Source: Octopus sinensis (lineage: Eukaryota). From it: a DNA stretch of 64,000 nucleotides. The notes beneath the pieces were generated by a model. The model worked only from the letters and a program-made list of their open reading frames with translations. It was not told the origin of the DNA and made no database searches. Both the position numbers and the translations under genes were made by a program. Positions 52,481 through 64,000 of the stretch are shown piece by piece. The stretch covers positions 496,001 through 560,000 of the forward strand of contig NC_043008.1 of the NCBI RefSeq assembly GCF_006345805.1. The letters run 5' to 3'. Positions within the stretch are counted from its first letter, which is position 1. Every line of letters starts with the position of its first letter.

Positions 52481-54311
52481 GTATGTATGTGTGTGTGCGT
52501 ATGTGTTTAAAAAATGAATAGAAATGACTTTTCTGATAAAATTTTCCACTTCAATAATTAAAGTTGAAAAACTATCAGAACAACTATTCATTGTTTCAAA
52601 TATATAACAATATACTAACGACTTTCTATTTCTTATTCTACTAAATGATTCAACACCGTCATGATGCGTTATTCAGAGAGAAAAACAAAAAAACATGCGA
52701 CATCTCTTTCAAATATAATATGGACACTAAAAGAAGGTAGGATAAACAACCTCCCAGATAGAGTGGAAAATTATTGCGAAAGCCAAACAATACAGTGGAC
52801 GGGGCACCGAATGGGGACTCTGTATTACGGAAAAATTAAATATCATTTGATCAACAGATAACATCTTAAGCATTAGGGAGGAAACCTTTCCCTGCATACA
52901 TAAGCAATATTTTACACTTAGATACTTTGAAGAAGACACCCTATAAAAAAGTGTAACTACAAACGAGGGCAACCCTACCAGGATAGCCCCTGCATATATA
53001 TATATATCGGCTAGATTAATTGGCTGATAATGAAGCCGATTTGGGGATTTAGGAATGATAAAAGGTAATTATGATTTCGGCGGAATTTGAACCCAGGGCG
53101 TAGAATATCGGATAAAAAAGAAAATGCAAGATATTCTCTATCGATTTTCACCCAAAGAAGTATATTGTTTTCAAATTTTTAGGAGAGCGGAGTAAGGCGA
53201 TTACATAGACCCCCCCCCCCCAATACTCGCACTTATTTTATCGAACCCGAAAGAATGGAATACAAAGTCGACCTCATCGGAATTTGAACTCAGTAGGCAA
53301 AGACAAAGGAAATTCTGATAAGCATATTGCCGGCATGTAAACGATTCTGGCAACTCGCCTCCTTAACCAGAGAAGCATATTTACCAGTCGTATAAAGATC
53401 CAAATAAATTACGGCCATATCATAGAGTGTCAGTTTCAACCCCAGCGTTTCATATAGAAATTTCTCTGTGTTTCATAAACCTTTATGTGTTCAGAATGGG
53501 TGGAATGGCGAAAAGAATGCCTAGTTTTATTGACTTACGTCACATTGCCTCCTGATTTCAAAAGCAACGGCGGATGACTCTGCCTTTCATCTTGCCATGG
53601 TTGATGAAATAAAGTACCAGTGAAGTACTGGTGTAGATTGAATCGATTATACCCTTCCAAGAAATATGCGGCTTTGTACTTGGGTTTCAAATGATTTTAT
53701 ATCGTTATTAAATGTATATTTTATGATTAAATAATTAACACCGCTTACAAAATGAAAGGTGTTTTTTTTTAACGTTTAAGGCTCTCGGTGATGGCAGCGG
53801 CGTAGCCAAACATCAATAACGGTAGTGGTGGTGGTAGTGGGGAATCAATAAGGGAAAACATCAAAGGTTATGCGAATTCTTTACCAAAGGCAGCTGGAGA
53901 GAGAGTGGGGGGGGGAGCACAAAAGATATTTTATGGTGAATCATTTCTAAGTCTAAAGGTAATGTAACATATCAAACAAACATATAAATATCAAACAACT
54001 GAAATAATAAAAAAAGAATAATAACGATTATGAAGATGTTCGTCACGATGATGATGATGATGATGATGATCATGATGAAGAGGAGGAGGAGGAGGAGGAG
54101 GAGGGGGAAGGGAAGGAGGTGAATGGGGGGTGATCAAAATAATGGTTTTTGGGAATTCTTGTGTGCCATTAATACTATTATTATATATTCGCAAACAGTT
54201 TTGATATAAATAGAAATGAATTCGTAGCAGACGTTCTTCTTGAATTTAACAATTCCCTCCGTTTGCAGCTTGCTTTTTATTTTCCTCAATTCACCGAAGA
54301 GTTGGATACAA

Positions 54312-54345
<34 letters not shown>

Positions 54346-54419
54346 CTCTCTCTCTCTCTCTCTCTTTGACTTTCTCTTTCTCAGTGTGTGCGCGCATGCA
54401 TATATGTATATGTATATTT

Positions 54420-54746
<327 letters not shown>

Positions 54747-55494
54747 TATATATATATATAGATATATATATATATAGATATATATATATATAGATATATA
54801 TATATATAGATATATATATATATATAGATAGATAGATAGACAGAGAGACAGACAAATACGTCGATAAATAAATAGATGAATTGAGAATTTTAAGAGTAAA
54901 AGCATAGGAGAAGAATAAAAAGCCAAAATTAGAAAATGTTTTGAGAAATTTAGCTTGACTGCAAAAGCATCTGTTAGCATTTTTATCAAAATAAGCTAAA
55001 TTGCTTCAAAAACGATCTATTCATGCTAAGATAAAGGGAAATAGGATATTTGTATTGGAAGTTCACACGCTTCCCTTGGAAAAATTACGATACCGAATTT
55101 TTATTTCCTTCTGATTGTTGCTGAGTAGTAGTAGCAGCAGTAGTTAGCCTTTGTTGTGTTAATAAAACTATTAGCTGGAGTAAGAGGAGGCTGCTTTAGC
55201 GAAACATTCCGTGGGGTTGGCAGTAGTTCCCTCAATTTCAGTCCGGCAGGTATTTACAAGTGCTCGGTATAGATCTATGAAAGTTGTTTTGTTGCTGATG
55301 CACTATCTAATTACTAAATTAATATAATGGAAAATCGTAAATTTGGGTTGTTTCTTACCTTGACATGTCTCTGTAGATTACCTGAGTCCAATGTATCGAT
55401 TTTAATTGGTTATTTTGGAATCATGGAATCTTGTTTTATACAAAAACACACACACACACAAATATATATGCATATATGAATATATATGTGTTTT

Positions 55495-55549
<55 letters not shown>

Positions 55550-56364
55550 TACATATATATGTATATATATATATGTTATATGACATACATATATATATAA
55601 TATAGGCGCAACGCAGTGGGACTGGACCCAGAACCATGTGGTTGGTAAGCAAGCTACTTACCACACAGCCACTCCTACGCCATAGTGTCTTAGTTCCATG
55701 TATATCGCAATATCTCTACGCTGTCCTGTTATGTATCTATGATGGTGCAGTCTATGTACAGCGCTCTAAGTTGGACTACAACGTAGTTTCTGCTGCAAAC
55801 ACTGCTTCTCAGGACTGCGTTTTACTATGTTTTGTTTTCGTTCTTATTTTAATTTACTTTCAGATTTTAAAATTTAAAGGTTAAAATCATTCTTGAATAT
55901 CATATTTAATTATTTTCAAAGTAAATTACTACCAAACAACTGCCAATTTATTTTGTTTTTACGCGTGCTAGCTTGCCGGCACAGTAATAATAATCCGTTT
56001 TTCTATAGCGGCGTCCATATTTTTCTAACCGGGGTTCACATGACCCCTGCAGGGGGTCATAAAGACAGACTAAACGTTGCTGAGTATTTTGTCCGGCATT
56101 TTGCCAGTTCATCACCTTAAAATTAATCTTTTATTTTGGCAGAAATGTAAAACTTTGAAGCTAAAGTTTACGCAAAATAAATCGGTTCTACTTCAACAAT
56201 ACTCAAAATGTCTTCACAATCTTTCATGCAATTCCTAATAACGTTTATTTCTAAACAAAAATAATGGGATTTTTTAAACATTGAATGGCTGTGAGGGTCT
56301 ACCTGAGCACAAAAAGAATCAAAGAGGTCCAAAGGTAAAAAGTGATTAAGAAACACCGTTCTAT

Positions 56365-57013
56365 AGGAATGAGGCCTGAAATTTTCAGGAAGAGGCATAG
56401 TCGATTACATCGACCCCAGTACTTGACTGTTACTTAATTTATCGACACCGAAAGGATGAAAGGTGAAGTCGACCTCGTCGGAATTTGAACTTAGAGCGTA
56501 AAGATGGAGCAAATGTTGCTGAGCATGCTAACGACTTTGCCACCTTAATAATAATCTTTTCTTATTTTGGCAGAAAGCAAGCAATTTTGAGGGATGGACA
56601 AATCGATTATATGATCCCCAGTAATCAACTGATTCTTATTTTATAGTTTTATAGACCCCGAAAGGATGAAAGGCACAGTTGACCTAAGCAGAATTTGAAC
56701 TCAGAACGCAAAGACGGACGAAATGCCGCTAAGCATCATTTCTGACGTGCCAACGGTTCTGTCGGCTCGCCTCCTTAATAAATTACGATAATCCTTTTTG
56801 CTGCAGGCACAAGGCCTTTAATTTCGTGGGTCGAGGGGTCGTCGATTCCAAGGAGCAGTGAACTCACAAGGAACTTGTTTTATGAACCCCTGAAAGAAGA
56901 GAGGCGAAATCAACTTCGTCGGGAATGTAAAGACGGAAGAAAATATCTCTAAGCGTTTTGTTCCATGAGATAAAGATTCGGAGTACTCGCCGCCTAGCAA
57001 TAATAATAATAAC

Positions 57014-57056
<43 letters not shown>

Positions 57057-57088
57057 TAATAATAATAATAATGATAATAATAATAATA

Positions 57089-57119
<31 letters not shown>

Positions 57120-57448
57120 TGATAATAATAATAATAATGATGATAATAATAATAATAACAATAATAATAATAATGGTTTCAAATTTTGGCACATGGCTAT
57201 GACACATGGCATCAACAGGATTTCAAGTATGACTGTAAAGAACCGAAAGAAGTGTCGCTAATCATGTTGTCTGCAAGTTCACCTTAATAACAACAACAAT
57301 AATTTATAATTGTTTCAAATTTTGGCTCAGCATTTTCTGTTAAGGGTCTATGCAGATAAATCAACCTCAGTACGTAACTGGTACTTATTTTATCGCCCAA
57401 GAAAGGATGAAAGGCACAGTCGACTTTAGCGAAATTTGAACTCACAAC

Positions 57449-57502
<54 letters not shown>

Positions 57503-57545
57503 CACAGTCGGACGAAACGCCACTAAGCATTTTCTTCTGGTGTGC
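56365..57545 (-). mobile_element. Cluster of at least four same-orientation family C SINE copies with (AAT)n and (GATA)n inserts
   Basis: Repeated gaaaggatgaaagg..agtcgac..gaatttgaactc modules at ~56450, 56660, 56900 and 57400. Confidence 0.8.
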
Positions 57546-57806
57546 TGATGAATCTCACAGCTCGATGCGGAGCCCTAGCATGGTTGCAGGGTAATGACTG
57601 AAACGGGTGAAAGACACACACACACATACATATTCTAAACAAAACTGTCCGACGAACGGAAACGTGAAACTCTGGGTAACAGATTTTGTGATATTTTTGC
57701 TGCCTTTTAATAAAGCATATTGCTCTACCTCTGGTATTCGAGTACTATTTTTTCGACCTTCTTTCACGTTTATGTGCTTACTCTGGTATATATTTATATA
57801 TATATG

Positions 57807-57863
<57 letters not shown>

Positions 57864-57884
57864 CTATATATATATATATATACG

Positions 57885-58095
57885 CCATGATAGATCGTTA
57901 GCTCCTACACGCATTTTTTCTCTCTCCTTGTTTCTCTCCTTGTTGTTTTTCTGTGTATCTTTCTGTGGAAGAGCGTAGGCTCGAAACGTAAAAGACTTTT
58001 TCTATTTCTATTCCTGAGCGCCATACTAATACATTTGTTTGTTTGTACTCCACCTGCCTTCGTCTTTTGTTTACTTTCGTAAACCTTCCCGTTAT
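57885..58095 (+). mobile_element. Penelope-like terminal-repeat fragment carrying a hammerhead variant
   Basis: TA-flanked unique segment containing 57958-57995. Confidence 0.45.
57958..57995 (+). ncRNA. Minimal type I hammerhead motif with A6>U core change
   Basis: UCUUU-CUGUGGA-A-GAGC(guag)GCUC-GAAAC-GUA-AAAGA: perfect 5-bp stem I and palindromic ACGU. Confidence 0.55.
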
Positions 58096-58333
58096 GTATA
58101 TATATTATATATGTGTGTGTATATATATACCACAACAATTGTTGAGAGATGTTATATGTGTTTACGAAAATTCTCATAGAGATCCGCTGGTCTGTGGGGT
58201 GCGCAATATTGGGGGAGATTTGGCGTCTATTTCTTGCTTGTTGCGCAACTGTGTTGCAATCCTCTTTCTCGGTTTGTTATAATGGTGGAGATATCAGTAA
58301 TAATAGTTTTGTCAGACACAGGGATATTGATGA

Positions 58334-58389
<56 letters not shown>

Positions 58390-58939
58390 ATGGTTGTGGT
58401 GGTGGTGGTGGTACCTGAAATATTGGCTTGTCTGTGAATAAAGTTTGACAGTTGTAGTGATGCTGGTTAAAAGATATCGATAGGTGTAGCAGCTGCTTGT
58501 GGTACGGATGATGGCGGTAAAACGGCGATAATTATTGATGTGATGGTATTTATAATGATGCCCGTCGTCAATATGATGGCGATGGGGTTGTTGTTGTTGT
58601 TGTTTGGTGTTCGTGGTCGTCCTCATCGCCGTCGTCTTAAGTCTTTCGCGTCGTCATGTTCGCGACATTGGTTCTCGTAGTAGTAGTAGTAGTAGTAGTA
58701 GTCGCAGTGATAAGGTTCTACCAGTCGTGATGGTGACAGAATGAATTGTCATCTTAGTTGTGCGCGTGGGTTAGTAGATAAGCGTTTATGAGTGGGGAGT
58801 GAGTAGGTGGGTTTCTCTGAAATATTTTATTATATTTATACATAGGTTTTATAATATTCTAAAATAACGAAGGCAGTGTTAAACGATGCTGGCAGTAGAA
58901 TGACTGAAACCTGTACGATTCTAACCTTTCCCTTTCGCT

Positions 58940-59150
<211 letters not shown>

Positions 59151-59851
59151 ATCTCTCTCTCTCTCTCTCCTCCCTCTCTCTCTCTCTCTCTCTCTGTATG
59201 TATGTTTATATATATATATATATATATGTAAGATAAAATGAAATGTTTGCGTGTATATATATATACATATTTATGTGCATATCTGTACATATATATATAT
59301 GTATACACACACACACATATATATATACACACATGAATATAAGTATATATACATATATATTATACATATGTATATACATATATACATTAGTTATGTATGT
59401 ATGTAGGTATGTATGTATTTACGTGGATACTCGGCCTACAACAATAAGTGGTTACATCTCCTTCAGACTGAACCCTATAATGTTATTCCGACAGGGTAGT
59501 CACGCTTTGGAAACTTGTTGATCATCAATAGAGATGACTCGGGGTTAAACTAGAAGATCAACAGCAACACACACATACACACATACACACGTTTGGCTGA
59601 GGGGTAAGAAGTTTGTTTTCCAACCTCTTGGTGGCACCTTGAGTTGCGTGGCACCTTGAGTTGCGTGGCACCTTGAGTTAGTGTCTTCTACTATAGTCCC
59701 TTGAAAACCTGTGTTGGTTTGATTATATCCCTGTTACTTAGCGATTCGCCAAAATAAGCAGTTGCCGATTTGTTCGATTAAAACTCTTTCGAGGCGGTAC
59801 CCCAGCATGGCCGCAGTTCATAGACTGACACAAAACATAAAAGAATATATA

Positions 59852-59887
<36 letters not shown>

Positions 59888-59972
59888 TGTGTGTGTGTGC
59901 ATACATGCACGCACACACACACACACACACACACCATATATATATATATATATATAATTATCTGTGTGTGTG

Positions 59973-60026
<54 letters not shown>

Positions 60027-60136
60027 CATACATATATATATGTATATATATAGAGAGAGACAAAGAGAGAGAGGTGAGAGAAAGAAGGAGAGAGGTAAAG
60101 CTGAATATATACACATATAGACAAACATGTATATAT

Positions 60137-60175
<39 letters not shown>

Positions 60176-60212
60176 TGAGAGAAAGAGAGAGAGAGAGAGC
60201 GTCAGAGAGAGC

Positions 60213-60247
<35 letters not shown>

Positions 60248-60872
60248 ATGCAGAGTGAGGGAGTATGTGTGAGTAACTAATGGTTGTAGGTGTTGGTAGT
60301 GAGGTTGCGTGGTGGGGGTGGGGATCGATAGTTAATACTTAATGACTTCACTGAAGGTCACAGTGCCATAATATGAACGAGAGACATCGACTGAGACAGC
60401 CAGACAGGTGTGTGTGTATGTGTGTGTGCGTGTGTGTGTGTTTGTGTGTGTCTGTGTGTGTCCGTGTCTGTGTCTGTGTCTGTGTGTTAGTGGAAATTGA
60501 GAGATGAGAGAACGAAAATATGATTGAAAGATGTGAACAACAGAATATGAGATAGGTAGAGAAAGAAAAAAGATAGATTGCGAGAGAGGAGGAGAGACAG
60601 ACAGATGGTGAGAAAGAGAGAGAGAGGGATAGACAGACAAAGAGGGACAGAGACAGGGGGAAGAGGGAGAGACAGACAGACAGACAGGCAGACAGATGAA
60701 CAGACTGATACACAAAGATTCGCGATGACAAACATACGTTTGCACATAAAAACACTTACACTCATATACACACACGTTTATATATATAACATATGCATAT
60801 ATAAATATTACCGAGAGAGACAGAGACACAGAGAGAGACAGAGAGAGAGAGAGAAAGAGAGAGAGAGAGGGG

Positions 60873-60949
<77 letters not shown>

Positions 60950-61047
60950 TCAGATATATTTTCATATGTATGTATAAATATACATTTATGTTTTTTAAAT
61001 TTTATCTAGTTTCAGCTCACGAGAGGTGGCCATGCTGGGGCACCGCC

Positions 61048-61098
<51 letters not shown>

Positions 61099-61324
61099 TA
61101 TAATATATTGTGTGTGTGTGTATGTATGTATGTATATATTGGATATACAGCAATAAGAATATAAGATGGAGAGAATGTGTGAATTTAGTAACGTAACCAA
61201 AATGAAGAGGGAAAGAATTAAGGAAGGAAGAATGGAAAGACGGAAGGAAGGTGAAGTGAGAGAGAGAGAGAACGGATGAAGAGATTTGTTGCTAGTAAGA
61301 GAGAGAGTGAGAAGTTGAAGCTAT

Positions 61325-61366
<42 letters not shown>

Positions 61367-61464
61367 AGGAGTGAGAATGAAAGAGAAATAGAAGAATATT
61401 GGAGAGACTGGGAGAGGAATAACGGAGTAAAAAATATAGACAGTGAGAGGGTGAAAGAGGGAGA

Positions 61465-61704
61465 ATATGGAAGAGGAGGAGGAGGAGGAGAAGAAGAAGA
61501 AGAAGAAGAAGAAGAAGAAGAAGGAAACGAAGAAGAAGGAAAAGAAGAAGAATTGGAAGAAGAAGAAAGAAGAAGAAGAAGAAGGAAAAGAAGAAAGAAA
61601 AGAAGAAAGAAAAGAAGATGATGAAGAAGATAAAAGAAGAAGAAGAATGAGGAGAAGAAGAAGAAGAAGAAGAAGAAGAAGAAGAAGAAGAAGAAAAGAA
61701 AAAA

Positions 61705-61750
<46 letters not shown>
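61465..61750. repeat. (GAG/GAA/GAT)n purine-rich array
   Basis: Direct reading. Confidence 0.95.
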
Positions 61751-61752
<2 letters not shown>

Positions 61753-63041
61753 AATGACAAGCGGTTGTATGAGAGAGGAAACGAGGAGAAAAAGAAGAAA
61801 GGTAAGTGAAAAGAACTGGAAAAGGAGATGTGAAGAGAAGGGAGGTAGAAATGTGGAAGATGAATTATGGTAAGAAGAGAGGGAGGAGGAAGAGGAGGAG
61901 ATGATGAAGAAGAAGAAGGATGGGAGAAGGATAAAAGGTAAAAAAGGGGAGCAAATATCAGCGGAGTAGGATGAGGCAGAAGAGAAGGAGGAGGGGGAGG
62001 TATGAAATGCATAAGAGTAGAAGGAGAGTTGAAGAAAAAAAAATCTTATGGGAGAAGCTGACCGTGTACAGATCTTGACACAGAAAGACAAAAGTGAAGA
62101 AAATGAAATCTTCGGGTGTAGATAGATAAACCCAGATCTGTTTATCGTCTGCTTCAACTTATTTCCACCAAAATTTCCTTTGGCTGCAATTATCTCCCTT
62201 GTTATATTGATTTTTCAAATTTTAAATTTTAAACAATCCTATGATGGAATTCTTTTTTATATCAACAGTTGATAAAAGTGAAAAAAAGCTTGCATACACG
62301 TATGAAGGTGACCACACTGGACCAAGTCAAAATTTTCATTGAAAAATATATACAAAACCCCAAAATTAATTCACACAGTTCAAGCCCGAAACTGTTTCAT
62401 CTCTGTGGCTTTCATATGCAAAAGTCAGATATTTTCACTGTTACTCCTACGCTTATTTAAAATCCTGTGAAATCCTCGTGAATTACCTGCTTTTCATCTC
62501 TTTTGGACACTGAAATCATTTCTTCAGGTTCTTCATCACCAGTATTTTAAGCAATTAGCGTCTAGTTTAAAGTTTGTACGACTGTTTGAATCGTGGATTT
62601 TTTTCACTTGAAAAATCTGCCATTGGTCATCGTGTCCAGTTTCACCGAACAGCTGGTTAAATGTGTCAGAAGTTCTGGAACACTAAGATAAACTCAAGAA
62701 CACGATTCTTAATACGATTTTATTATTTTTATCTCCAAAATAAGACACACTCCTGACAGGACCAAAGCGATCCAGTCAATATTTTCACGGAAACTTTTTG
62801 AGGTTTAAAGCCCAGACTCAAAACGAAAAATTCTTTTACGAACATTTTAGGACAACGAGTTCAAGATATCGCATTAATCTACAATACAGTAGATTTACAT
62901 GAAATAATTTTTCGTATTTAAAAAAATGGTCTCAACACAAAAGTTACCGCTGAGGTCACTTCCATGTTTTTGAGGGCTAATTGGCTGTTGTATCTTAGTT
63001 TATCACAGCTTTTTCTATTCATTATTATATCGCGTATGTCG

Positions 63042-63240
63042 TAAGGTGGCAAAATACTTAGCGGCATTTCGTCCGTCTTTACGTTCTGAGTTCGAAAATC
63101 GCCGAGGTCGACTTTGCCTTTCCTCATTCTTGGGGTCAATAAAATAAGTACCAGTTGAAAACTGGGGTCGTTGTAATAGAATAATTCCCAAGCCACCCCA
63201 TCCTACCTAAAATTGCTGCTCTTGTGACAAAATTTGAAAT
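63042..63240 (+). mobile_element. SINE family C, diverged
   Basis: ttctgagttcgaaaatcgccgaggtcgactttgcc. Confidence 0.8.
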
Positions 63241-63316
63241 TGTTATATTACGTATGTAAGACCCTGTCTTTTATTAGACGGATAAATAGATAAAACGAAA
63301 TAGAGTTAGCTGCTGT

Positions 63317-63352
<36 letters not shown>

Positions 63353-63719
63353 AGAGGAAGAGCAGAAGAAGAGAACGAGAGAAGAGAGAGAAAGAGGAAG
63401 AAGAAAACGAGAGAATAAATAGAGTTAAGAGAGAAACAGACGCTGCAATATAGAGACGAGAAAGTTAAGAGTTAGATATGCAAATACACGTTTCTATGTG
63501 TGTGTGTGTGTGCGCGCAAAGGTAAGGACAGAACACGCTCGTCGGACTGGTCCTTCCTGCGAGGGAATTAAATAAAATTCCCTTGCAGAGGGGTAAAAAC
63601 AAGGAAAGAAAAAATGTGACAAGAACAGGACGTAAAAGCAATACAAATAAAAATACAAATAAAAATACGAATACAAAATAAAAATACAAATATAAAAAAA
63701 TACAGTACACATAAAGAAT

Positions 63720-63965
63720 AAAAACAGGACCAAAAAAACAAACATTGAGGGCCTTTTTTAGCCTAGACGAGGAAAAAATTCGGAGCGCAGGAAATAAGAA
63801 ACCTTCGAAACACGCATTGAGTCGAACCGGGGACAGCGGATGAAGGGGAATGTTCCTTGTGTTGTTTGTCCTGTGTTCTGTTTTTTCGTTGTTAAAAAAA
63901 GTCCGTTCCCTTTTTTTATGTTTTCGTTTCTCGTTGAGTTCTACGTCTATTTGTGGTGTCCTGTA
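63720..63965 (+). mobile_element. Penelope-like terminal-repeat fragment with degenerate hammerhead-like core
   Basis: CTAGACGAGG...CCTTCGAAACACGCATT (63763-63818); the 3' part resembles 37450-37625(-). Confidence 0.35.
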
Positions 63966-64000
63966 CTCACATATATATATTTATTATGCATGTATATACA

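Noticed and set aside
62998-63015. TATCACAGC matching the miR-2 5' end
   Set aside because: The match stops after 9 nt and there is no precursor hairpin.

Overview
Repeat-dense, AT-rich eukaryotic genomic DNA, almost certainly a coleoid cephalopod and probably Octopus. This is inferred from three tRNA-derived SINE families resembling the octopus OK/OR-type SINEs and from extreme microsatellite density. No protein-coding gene can be called with confidence, and most entries in the ORF track are translated microsatellites. The window holds dozens of SINE copies (several with clear target-site duplications) and decayed R4/Dong-like LINE pieces (RT, CCHC and restriction-like endonuclease) abutting microsatellites. 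It also holds three mariner relics, a Chapaev3-like transposase relic, small MITEs and local tandem and inverted duplications. The most interesting signals: (i) four well-formed and two degenerate minimal type I hammerhead ribozyme motifs of the Penelope/retrozyme kind; (ii) a 146-codon ORF that becomes continuous only when a SINE is excised; (iii) a ~330-bp inverted duplication with a filled and an empty SINE site; (iv) weak promoter and exon candidates. Family names come from motif recognition by eye, not database searches. Coordinates of decayed repeats are approximate.
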